64,000 nucleotides of DNA from Mytilus trossulus (taxonomy: Eukaryota), in the NCBI RefSeq assembly GCF_036588685.1, contig NC_086381.1, positions 15,314,001 through 15,378,000 of the forward strand, in the 5' to 3' direction. This document shows, one piece after another, positions 24,436-35,840 of this stretch. The stretch's first letter is position 1; every line of letters begins with the position of its first letter. The translations under genes and the position numbers were made by a program. The notes below the pieces were generated by a model. That model ran no database searches and was not told where the DNA came from. It worked only from the letters and a program-made list of their open reading frames with translations.

Positions 24436-25150
24436 AAAAGCAACAGTGGTATACCGCTGTTCAAAACTCAAAAAACAAAATCGGGGTAACAAACTAAAAT
24501 CGAGGGAAACGTATTAAATATAAGAGAAGAACAACGACAGAACACTAAAATGTAACACACACAGAAACGGACCAAGTATTAGACAAAATCCCACGAGAAT
24601 AACAAATATAACAACAAAACCAAATACATGAATTTGGGATAGACAAGTACCGTGACACGTCTTATCGCAATGCAAATCTACATTCAAAAATAAGAGAAAA
24701 CAAACGACGCAACGTTGAAATGTAACACACACAGAAACGAACAATTATATAACAATGGCCATATTCCTGACTTGGTACAGGACATTTTTAAAGAAAAAAT
24801 GGTGGGTTGAAGCTTGTTTTGTGGTATGCCAAACCTCGCACTTTAATGGCAATGTTAAATATAACATTGAAATGACAACATAATTACAGGAGTACAATAC
24901 AAATAAATAGGAGAACGTATAAGACAAAGAAACACATGATTAATAGATAACAAAAAGTATCAAGTTTAAAATTCAATACGCCAAAAACGCGTCTAGTCCA
25001 CACAAGACTCACCAGTGACGCCCCAGATATAAAAGATTGAAAATGAAGAAAAGTACAAATGCAATTGCACAGCACTGAAGATCAAAAGATGAAAAAGGTT
25101 GTGTCAAATACGGCTATTTTTTTATGCTTGGGATAAGAACATCCTTATTA
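24436..25150 (-). repeat. interspersed repeat; an inverted-orientation copy lies at ~30060-30700
   Basis: aacagtggtataccgctgttcaaaa..ttgtggtatgccaaacctcgcactttaatggca is the reverse complement of tgccattaaagcgggaggtttggcatgccacaa..gaacaacggtatactactgtt. Confidence 0.7.
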
Positions 25151-26550
25151 TACAGAACAGCCTTGCCTTTCACATGTTTGAGTTCGAGTGATCCCGATGA
25201 AAGGAAAACCACCAATGCAGCTGTAACGCCACGAATATACAAATTGTTTTACATTTTCTAGCACTTAACATGTAAATACAGCTGCAATATGACTGCTAGT
25301 TTCAGACGGTATAATCGACTAGGAAGTCAATGCTTTACAAATATGATTGATAAAATTTGTATTTTTTATCCTTCCTTTTTGAGTTGAGTATCTTTCCTCA
25401 TTCAAAGTTTAACACATATTGATTTTGGTTACCTGTTCATGTCCCTTTTTGACACATCGCTTCTAAAGTATTCAAGAACCTATAAATCTGTATACATTTT
25501 TATGTAAATGGCATTAACATTTTATAATTTTGAGCGTTTGGATGAAGGTTTATCAAGAAAGCTCTTCGGATTAACTAAATTTATAAAGTATTGTTTTCAT
25601 TTTATTTAATCAGGATGATGATATACTTTCATTTCACATATATGATTCGATGTTTAACACAACTGTTTTAGTTTTTCAAAAGGAGTGCCAGTTTGTTTGG
25701 GTAAACATCAGTTTACAACATAGACCTGTTATATCAACTGAAAATTCAGAGATAAACTGCTGTACCCCTATTTTTGATATTTTCACCTATTATGTTTTGT
25801 TAGCGTATCGTTGTCAATATAGAGGAATTTGAGGCGACTGCCATACAAGTGAGAGGTTTATATAGCTATAAAACCAGGTTCATTCCTCTATTTTCTAGGT
25901 AAGAAAATGCCTGTACCAAGTTAGGAATATGACAGTTGTTCAAACCGAGTCAGTTACCGTATTGACAACACTACATTTTTTTCTTCTAGAAAGACATTTA
26001 TATTGTATGCTCGAAATAAACATTTTGAAAATACATAATTATATGAAGTATTACAATGACCTATTGAAATCGAAAAGCTAAAACATGCATCTGTTCAATT
26101 TTGCGTTAGAAAGTTGAATGAATATACATTTTAAATATTATCAGTCAGTTATCACTCAATGAACCTTGTTTTACAATTCTTCTTCCACTTATATCATTTG
26201 ATGTTATGACCATATTTGTAAATCTTATTTACAATTTAAATGTTACGATAAGACACTGAATGGTTGGAAAATCAAACAACACATTGCAATTTTCATGTGA
26301 AATTGATAAAGATAAAATAATGTAAATAATAAAACAAACAATAAAAACAATGGAAGTTGTATGAACCATGTTAGTTTTCTTTTTGTATTCAAAGCCTTTT
26401 GCGTATTTTCGCAATCATAATACAATGAAATGAAGGCGAACCAACGTCATACACCTGATGGTCAACGACAGGGACTACCCTTTTACACCATTGTGGGATT
26501 AACAGATGTTTAGGTCACTTATCAATATTCAACGCAGTTTTACATTTTAA

Positions 26551-26700
26551 ATACGTATGTTGCGAAGAGATTACAGAATGTGTTATCTTATAGTAAACTT
26601 ATTAATCCGCGTGTATTCACTGATATATCCGTCCCTTTTCCTATAAATATGGAAGCACATGTAAGATTGTATACAAACAAAAGCACGTGGAGAACTAGGT
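26551..26700 (+). promoter_or_regulatory. LPMO3 TATA core promoter and short non-coding first exon
   Basis: atacgtatgttgcgaagaga..atatccgt..ccTATAAATAtggaagcacat..aaacaaaagcacgtggagaa..ag|GTAAG (TATA 26642-26649, donor 26699). The acceptor at 27420-27421 lies just before the ATG. Confidence 0.72.
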
Positions 26701-27430
26701 AAGCAATAATAAGTTGGTTTGCCTCTTAGCTTTATATATTACAATATAACATGTATTGTCATACTACAAGATCAAAAACTATATATTATGTAAATCATTT
26801 TTGTTCTATATGTACGCATTTTTCGCAAAACGATGATATAAAGAAACTGGCATCTACGAATTAATCAAATTTATTTGTGTAATTTAGTTGACAAAATATT
26901 TATGTGAACAACACATTATTAATAATATTTTATATACAGGTTAAGTATGCTTCGTATAGCTGCAACTTTCACTCAATCTTTGATCTTCAAAATTAGCTGA
27001 TATCTTTCCCAGTATTGATGTAGACGAGGAAACATAGAGCCCGTAATGTTGTAATATTGACACATGTATAATCTTAAGGCCGTCCCATTATTGCATGACA
27101 CACATGATTTTTTTTCATCATTGTTCTAATTAGGGCCAACATTGGCTCAAGGTTCAATCCTCATTTTATCATTTTGCTCCACATAATTAGCTCCGGCCTC
27201 CTTTGAGCAATGCATTTATTCCGGGTTCTAACAATAAGGTTTTGGGCTACAGATATTGCGATGATGCTTTGAGCTCCTAGGCAACCATGTAACTAGTGCC
27301 TTGCCAATAATATAATTATCTTGTATTGATTGCTTACTTGTTGTTAAAACAACTAAAACTTGATATATTTATTTCTATAATGAATATGTAAGCACTTTTA
27401 TTTATCATTTGTACTTTACAGGAAAAGAAT

Positions 27431-29156
27431 ATGTTGACACAGATTTATACAGTATGCACATTTGTTGCTGTCGTCAACGGCCACGGCAGACTTATCTCCC
27501 CTCCTGGAAGATCCACAATGTGGCGCTATGGATACAACACACCTAAAAATTACAACGATAACCAGATGTCTTGTGGAGGGTTTTATGTAAGTTGTTATAG
27601 ATATCAAACTATTTTTTAACTAGAAATTAACAAATATTTTAACAAAGAATTTATAAAGTTTATTGCTACAATATATATAAAAGAAAGGTATTCCCTTTTC
27701 AATTATAATAAGAAAAATGTGCATCATTGATAAACTAGTATTATAATAGCTTCTGTATAATGTTTATCATCCTTGTCCTTATACCATGCATTTAATATAA
27801 CAGTATTTCTTTCTTTCAGAAACAATGGACACTAAATGGAGGAAAATGTGGCGTATGTGGTGACCCTTGGAACGAGGCTCATGACAACGAGGCTGGAAGA
27901 AAATATGCAACAGGCACCATTGTTAGTCAATATAACACAGGACAAAATATTCAGGTTAAAGTTCAAATCACTGCTACCCATCGTGGATATTTTGAGTTCC
28001 GTCTTTGCCCGGTTAACAATCCACGTCAGCCAGCCACTCAAGCCTGTCTAGATAGAAATGTACTAAAGCAATCAAATGGACAGTCCAAATTCTATGAACC
28101 AGGAGCAATCGGAACATATACAGTTGATCTTATTCTACCGCAAGGTTTAACCTGTACGCAATGTGTATTACAGTGGAAATGGAATACTGGTAAGATAATC
28201 TGATTGAATTTGTGCACAGTTGTCTGATACATATACATTCACTTTTTAATTTGATAATCACTATGTTACACTCAAAATTGAGAATGTATGTCATTTAAAG
28301 TTTTAACAATATTTTGATATATAAGGTCACATATTCATTAACGCAAAAAGACAGGCTTGAACTCACATGTCTTACAGGTTTTGCCAAATTTTAGTAATTA
28401 TCTATCTCTTTAATATATATGAAGAACAACGTCAATCGATATAAAATGCTATTGGAGCCCATTTTAACGACTCAATTAAAGCATTAGGTATTTATTTGCC
28501 TTTTAATAACGTTATATTTATATATAAGCTTGTATGTGAAACACAAATATCTTTGTCTTAATAATCCACAGCTGGTACATATATATCGATGAAGAGAGAA
28601 TGTTTGCCTTTGTATTATGATATTTTGTTTCTGCAAATTCGGGCTTTTGGGTTTTATTACTATTTTTAAGTATGCAACAATACTTATCAGAAAATATGTA
28701 GAATCATTAATAACACACAGAACTAATTAGTTACGTTATGCTATCAATTACAATTATCTGGCATACTCAATTTTATTTTATAATGTGTTCAGAACAATAG
28801 GATATGAAAATTGTTGTAATACTTTAACAAGTATTTATTTTCTTTTTGCAGGGAATTCATATAACTGTGATAACAATCATAAATGTTGTATTGGTTGTGG
28901 ACCACAAGAACAGTTTTATGGGTGTGCAGATATAGCTATTTCATCGTCTGGGACAAGTCAGTTTTTAAATACTGGTGTTCACCAAGGACGCCCAGTGGGG
29001 TTTTTACCCATTTCAGGACAAAACGTTGGAACATGCCAGGCAACCCCACTGTTCAAAAGTCGTTATAGATATGCCGATCAATATTGTGTATCTCAATGCA
29101 AACAGAACAAATGTCCACCACGCATATACTGCACCGATGCTTGTAGATCTCACTAA
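27431..29156 (+). CDS. LPMO3: AA15-family LPMO, ~276 aa, with C-terminal 6-Cys module; exons 27431-27586, 27820-28189, 28852-29156
   Basis: Signal MLTQIYTVCTFVAVVNG|HGRLISPPGRSTMWR, then TATHRGYFEFRLC, CVLQWKWNTGN and QEQFYGCADI. Tail CQATPLFKSRYRYADQYCVSQCKQNKCPPRIYCTDACRSH*. All splice sites are GT-AG and in frame. Confidence 0.94.
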
Positions 29157-30059
29157 AATCTCTTTTTGCAAAATCTATACTCATTTTACTCGAATGTTAT
29201 TTGATACAAACTATTTTTTTTATAATTGTATCTATTTCTATACATATATTTATTTATTGTTATTGCATAATTATTGTTTGTGGTTTTGTTTTATATTAAA
29301 ATCATTATTTTATAAACGCATCGTCTTTTTATATACTTTTTGCATACATATTGCTATTTACTAGTAAGTACATTGTATTGTCATCCATGAGAGTGGTGAG
29401 ATAAGAGAGACACAACTACAGTTCAATTCATATATTAACAACACATGTATTTTACATTTAAATGTAAGTGTGTCAGAAATCGTATCTGATATTCTTACTC
29501 AGTCATAATAACCTTCCGTCATTACAGAACTGAACATAGAAATAACACGACGGGTGCTGTAAGCTGTTCAGGAAATGCTTACCCTTCCTGAGCACCTGAA
29601 CTCACTCCCGGTTTTTAGATCGTGTTGTTTCTGATTTATTATTTATAAGTGTTGACGTAAATGTCCCTTGGCTTTGTGAGCCCTTGTTTACTTCTTGGTT
29701 TTGATTGTTATTGTCTAACTACCGATTTCGTCAGATAGAATACGAAAAAAATAATCCAAATTTACAAAACCTTTTCGTGATGACTTTTTTTGTCATGACG
29801 AAATATACATTGAAACCATAAGATATAACAATGAAAGCAATGTTTTGTCCTCTAGGATATACGACAAATATATTTGTTTATGTAATAACATAAGGGATCA
29901 TATAGATAAAAGTATAATATTCATCTACATATATAAACAACAACTGTAAATTCGTGCAACGTTTATTCAAAATATTGATAGAACATATCCTATAATTTAT
30001 ATGAGACGTCACTTTGGAAATTGCATTGACTATGTCTACCAGGGCTGTGATTTTGTAAT

Positions 30060-30700
30060 GTATTGGTTTTTTATTCCATAGCTAGTCACCACTTCAGTTA
30101 AATCATGTATATCTACTATATAATCAATTTTTAAAATTTACTGTTTGCAAAACTATGTCTTATTCTTGATAATAATGATTTTTTTGTCCCAGGCGGATAA
30201 CCCTGGCCTTACAACGTTTTGGAACTTTTGGTCCTCGACGATCCGTAACTTGGTAGTTGTTTTTTTTTACATCTGAGCATAGTTTTGGCGTCTGGCGTAT
30301 AAAAATATTTTTAACCTGTTACCTTTGGATGGCTATTATTCGTTGTTTCTCTGTCCTATATTTTCTCCCATTTCTCTGTTTATGTATTGTTACCCTGTCG
30401 TGTAATGGTGTCATGTTAATGTTGAAATTAAGACTGCCATTAAAGCGGGAGGTTTGGCATGCCACAAAATCAGGTTCCACCCACCATTTTTTCATAAAAT
30501 GCCTTGTACCAAGTCAGAAAAATGGCCATTGTTACATTATAGTTCGTTTCTCTCTGTGTTACGTTTCGGTGTTGTGTCTCTGTTGTGTCGTAGTTCTCTT
30601 ATATTTGATACGTTTCCCTCAGTTTTAGTTTGTAACCCGGATTTTTTTCCCCTATCGATTTATGAATTTTGAACAACGGTATACTACTGTTCCTTTATCT
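30060..30700 (+). repeat. interspersed repeat (same family as 24436-25150)
   Basis: Reverse-complement similarity to 24436-25150; boundaries are approximate. Confidence 0.65.
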
Positions 30701-33326
30701 ATAATAACATAGTAAATGGATTAAAATATGTCTGACTGATTTAAATATCGAATAAGGAAATTTGGATTAAATCAGTTATAAAGTACTAATTTAAAGTGTA
30801 TCCAAATGTTTTTATTAAGACATCACCCATTATGCGAATATATACATAAGTGAAAGTTTACAATAACACGAAATCACAACGATGGCCACCGTAAAACTAA
30901 TTAGTAAGGATTGCAATCATTTGACCCTTTTACTGAAGTACACATAGTGGTTGTATGCATGAGGGTAGCGTATTTTGATTAATAAACTTCATGCTGAAAA
31001 ATGGAAAGTTCATAAACTTGTATCAAAAAGAGCCATGGCCAATTTGTCGGCGATTTGTTTCATTCGATTAGATAGGTAAATCATGCTTTAAATAGCCCGA
31101 TAGATGTTAAATATAGTACATGATAATACGTCACGTCATCTATTTTCATACCTTGAACAGGTATTCCTACATAAACAAGGCCAAGACTATTGATTTTTTA
31201 ATATTGATTTTATTTTATTATTAACATCCTTTATGCAAGGTGCCATACCACGTAACATGCCAAGGAGCCAAATAACACGGAACAAATTCAAATCTTGATT
31301 GTCTCATTCTAAATATATGTATATCTGTACTTTTCCTGGTCTTTTAAGGTGTTATCGTCTATAAGATAAGATACTACATGTTTATATTTTAACCCGAGAA
31401 CATCTTTAATACCGTCAGTAAGTCATAGATCACCCTGTGTTACTGACACATGTTATATTGCCTTTTCTGTCATTTTAACAAATCGGACCTTCGTTGTGAT
31501 ACAGATACAACAGCTTCTTGATGTTTTACCTACAATCACGATTTGTAGTGTAATTGATTGTTCTGTTGTGTTGTTTTATTTTCTGATGACTGAAGTACCT
31601 GTGTAGGGACGGTGGTAAACATTTCAGAACTAGTATCTAAACAGTTTGTGAATTGGCGACAAAGTTGTTGTTGACTGCATTTGTTACATATGATACCATG
31701 TTCAAAAAAGGTTTCGAAAAATAGTTTGTGTTGTTTTGAAACTTGTATACAATGGCCTTATTGTAAGTTGTGTGTATATAACCCCCGCAACATGTAGGTT
31801 TCATTGCTATAGAATTAATTCTCGTGTTATTGGTTATCAGTTTGACGGCAGTTGGTCCTTGGATATATGTAATAAATGTAACCACATTAATAGAAAGTAA
31901 GTCAAGAGTATGGATAGTCTAGGAATGCACACAATAAGCAATACATTTTTTTTCTTTGATACATGTAAAATGATAAACTAGTAAACTATATAGTCAAAAT
32001 GAACCAGAATGACTCTATGAATTAAGCAAACATCCGAAAAAATATGATAGAAATATTAAAATTTAATATAACAATACAAAAAATGCAAATATTCTGAGCG
32101 AGATTCGAACCCTTTCTTTAAAACCATCATTTATTAGTAGTTCTGTGCTCTACTAATGGAGCTACGGCTTATACATATCTCTCTTATTAAGAATCTATAT
32201 CGGTACAATTTATCGATGTTACATTTTTTTCTTTAAAAAGTAGTTTTTTATGTAATAAGGACACTCTAAACCAATTTCATTTTTGAGGGAACAAGTTGTA
32301 TGAATAACAACAGTCATAAAAAGTATAACTTTTTTTTGGTTTGAAATGTCCTTCTTAGGGGATTCCATGTTTTTCTCACCTAAAAACACCTGAAAATCCG
32401 CATATTGGACTTTCATCCTTTTTTAGGGTCAAATTAACTTTTGATCACACATGTCATAATATATGTAAATCTAGATATTGATCAAAAAGCATTTTTAATT
32501 TTTGTTTTTATAGTAAATTTTATTCTTTCGGCACTTTTTGAAATTGGCCCTTCTGTGAAAAAAATCATCGATAAATTGGCCCTACCTCTTTAAGTTTTAT
32601 TAGATTTTCGTTTGAAATCGTAAATCTGTGTCCATTACGAGGAAAACATCAAGATTCTAGTTTCGGTAATATTTGTAATGTCAAGTTCACGGGGATATAT
32701 GAGATGCAATCATTTAACTAAAGCGTGCACTTACTATTCCCCATGCGTCATACACGATATTAAGCTCCAACAATTTAAAAACAACTAATTTCAATTTTAA
32801 CCAAACTTTTCAAATGATTACAAAATTAGCATATTCTATAGAGTATATAGTAAACTTATTTCACAAACCTACAATTCAACTGTACAGCTGAAACTTATCT
32901 CCGCTTAAACAAAGTGTACTCTCATTAAAATGTAGCTACGGACAAACCACTGTGTAGTGAACAAATAAAACGTAATAAAAGTTTATTTTTAATTTTTATC
33001 ATTTTTAAATAAAAATCGCACAAACGCTTGTCGATACGATATTACTTCAAACAAATAAATTAATCAGACAAAATTTGGTTTTAAGTTAATATTTTTATCC
33101 GTCTCGATAGATGGTGTTCAGCTATATAGTTGTCATAATTAAATGTTAAAACCAAAATAGTCTAAATTGATAATAAAAAGAACAATAGTAGTCAAATTCA
33201 CGTCCTTGTATAATCTATTTTTAGCGTATTGAATTATAAAGGCAGCAATATTCTTAAAAGTTTAAAGTTAATACATGGTCGGAGTAACAAACAGTTTGTG
33301 TAAAAAATATTAAAAAGGTGATCAGT

Positions 33327-35840
33327 ATGGATTGCTCATTTCTTCTGCTTGTGACATTTTGCATAATTAGCAAACTTGCATATGCAGATATATGTGAACT
33401 CAGTGCTTTATTTGCAAACTGCTCAAAACGTGGATTGGCGAAAGTTCCTCAGAATCTGCCGGATTATATTACTAATCTCGAATTATCAGAAAATAACATT
33501 ACAAAGATAGAACCAAATGCATTCAAACAATATGGTAAGCTAGTAGTTTTACACTTAGAACACAACAAAATAAGTATCTTAGACAGTGATGCATTTATGG
33601 GCTTATGCGAATTGAAGGTGCTTTTTCTAACAGGAAATCGATTGGATCATACAAAATATCCGAACAATGTTTTCCGTCCGCTAAAGAACATACAAGAACT
33701 TTATCTGAATCGAAACATGAGACGTGCACCTCCGTCTGAGCAAGAACAAACTTGTAAATATTCCGACACAGCCTTCAGCTGGATGACTTATCTAAAAATT
33801 CTGTCAATTGATCTATGTGGAAGCTCAGATTTTGGCATCGGATTTCTCAAGTTGATACATTTGCAGAATCTTACATTTGATTATTGTCTAGCTTACAATT
33901 TTACTCGACAAACCTTTAGTAATTTTAGAAATTCTAACGTCACTGTGCTGAACCTCAGTCGATGTGAACTGTATGAAATGAGTGAATCTATTGACGCTGG
34001 AATTTTATATCCTTTTTCAAATGTGACAAGTCTGGATTTATCAAACTCATATTTTAGCCTAAAGCACGCCCTGAAGTTTTTGTTGCCATTCCGTAATAAG
34101 AAAATGGATATGATAAATCTTCATCGTGTAAGTCGGAATGATAGAAGCAGTCCAGATAATCCATTCAAAATTGTTATAACAAGTGAAATGATGCAGTTTC
34201 TTAGAACCATCTGTGTGAAAACTCTTATTCTGTCATACAATGGAATTGTAGATGCAAAACCCAACTCATTATTTGTTTTTGATCACCCGGAGTGCTTTGA
34301 AAATATTATAGGATCAGCAAATAGTATTTGGTTGGAATACCCTCTCCAATACATCGAGGTTCAAAAATTATTAAGTACCATGATTAATCTTCGACTATTC
34401 GATTATTCATACGTCCCGCATAAGTTTGCAGAAATGAACTTTATACTCCCGTCAAATTCATTGATCATAAACAATCACATGTTATATACAGATAGAACCC
34501 TAACCAATATAACGTTGTATCTTCCACCTAAACTGGAACATGTACGATTTAGTCATGTAATGGCGGCGTCCAAACTGTTCAGCGTGATAATTAAGAATAC
34601 ACTGGCACTGAAAATTTTAGATTTATCGTATGTTTCCTTCAAAGAATTTCCTGATATTTTCATGCCTGAAGGTAACTTTATAGAACTCCTAGATTTATCA
34701 GGAATAGATTCAAGGTTATATGTTGATAAAGGAGTTACTGAATTAATGGGAGAAGTAAATACTCTCCTCATACGTGATGCCAAATTAGATCTAACATTTA
34801 GAAAACGAAAAAATGTCTTTAAATATTTAAGAAATCGAACAATTAGTATTGATATTTCTCATAATCATCTTTGGGCCCTTCCAAAATCTGTTCGTGTCAT
34901 GACCAATTTAGAACACATTGATTTGTCTTATAACTCATTCCGAAAATTTCCGAAGATATTGACATCGTTATATAATCTCAAAAGAGTAGACCTAAGATTT
35001 AACAAGTTACTAACCTTAGACAAAAAAGTTACACAATGGGCTGACGATGTTTGCAAAACACACAATTTTACATTACTTTTCGTCGGGAATGAATTTGCTT
35101 GTAGCTGTGAAAATCGACACTTTTTGTGGTGGCTTACACAAACCAAGGTTTTATTGGACAGAGACGGGCATTATCATTGTCGATTTCCTAATGGAACAAG
35201 GACAAATATTACTGATGTTATGGAACAATTCCATGATACATTTTCAGATTGCGATGCTATCGTTTGGTTACGTATAGGTGTCATTTGCATCGTTTCGTCC
35301 TTTGTCGTCATTTGTTTATCAGCTATACTTTATCAGTTTAGATGGAGAATGGCATATTTTTTCTATCGAAAACTGAAAATGAACTATGTAATTGAATCGG
35401 ACGATGTTGAATTCAGGTATGACATCTTTGTTGCATATGCATCTGATAGTTGCGAATGGCTTAAAGGTTCATTAATACCGATACTTGAACGAGAATGGAA
35501 ATTGAGTGTTTGTGTGAAAGATCGTGATTTTCCGGTAGGAGAAGACCGAGCAGATACTGTCATCAATAGCATGAGAAATAGTAAATTTATAATTTTTATA
35601 ATTACACCAAAATTTATCAAAAGAAAATGGGGAAAATTCGAAATCGAAATAGCTAAATATGAAATGTTTGAACAAAGAAAACAGAAACACATTATTGTCA
35701 TAATGAAAGACGGCACATCAAAGGAGGACGTTCCTATTGAATTTAGTCTTATATGGAAAGATGTCATAATGATCGAATGGCCAAGCGATGATATGAATAC
35801 CGAAAATGTGTTGTATGATCTAAAGTTACAATTGAGTTGA
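33327..35840 (+). CDS. TLR-A: intronless Toll-like receptor (signal, LRRNT, LRRs, single LRRCT, TM, TIR), 837 aa
   Basis: First ATG at 33327. LRRNT CSKRGLAKVPQNLP, multiple LxxLxLxxN repeats, LRRCT NEFACSC..C..C, TM WLRIGVICIVSSFVVICLSAILY, TIR box1 YDIFVAY and box2 DRDFPVG. AATAAA at 35871. Confidence 0.95.
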   Translation: MDCSFLLLVTFCIISKLAYADICELSALFANCSKRGLAKVPQNLPDYITNLELSENNITKIEPNAFKQYGKLVVLHLEHNKISILDSDAFMGLCELKVLFLTGNRLDHTKYPNNVFRPLKNIQELYLNRNMRRAPPSEQEQTCKYSDTAFSWMTYLKILSIDLCGSSDFGIGFLKLIHLQNLTFDYCLAYNFTRQTFSNFRNSNVTVLNLSRCELYEMSESIDAGILYPFSNVTSLDLSNSYFSLKHALKFLLPFRNKKMDMINLHRVSRNDRSSPDNPFKIVITSEMMQFLRTICVKTLILSYNGIVDAKPNSLFVFDHPECFENIIGSANSIWLEYPLQYIEVQKLLSTMINLRLFDYSYVPHKFAEMNFILPSNSLIINNHMLYTDRTLTNITLYLPPKLEHVRFSHVMAASKLFSVIIKNTLALKILDLSYVSFKEFPDIFMPEGNFIELLDLSGIDSRLYVDKGVTELMGEVNTLLIRDAKLDLTFRKRKNVFKYLRNRTISIDISHNHLWALPKSVRVMTNLEHIDLSYNSFRKFPKILTSLYNLKRVDLRFNKLLTLDKKVTQWADDVCKTHNFTLLFVGNEFACSCENRHFLWWLTQTKVLLDRDGHYHCRFPNGTRTNITDVMEQFHDTFSDCDAIVWLRIGVICIVSSFVVICLSAILYQFRWRMAYFFYRKLKMNYVIESDDVEFRYDIFVAYASDSCEWLKGSLIPILEREWKLSVCVKDRDFPVGEDRADTVINSMRNSKFIIFIITPKFIKRKWGKFEIEIAKYEMFEQRKQKHIIVIMKDGTSKEDVPIEFSLIWKDVIMIEWPSDDMNTENVLYDLKLQLS

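Noticed and set aside
24436-30700. Inverted repeat pair flanking LPMO3, suggesting a composite transposon carrying the gene
   Set aside because: Both are diverged copies of a common dispersed repeat, and no TSD was seen. Homology with the LPMO4 region extends outside the pair, so independent insertions are more likely.
33318-33326. ORF-track start of TLR-A at GTG 33318
   Set aside because: This is a eukaryotic gene. The first ATG at 33327 aligns with the TLR-B start (agtATGGA in both) and begins the signal peptide.
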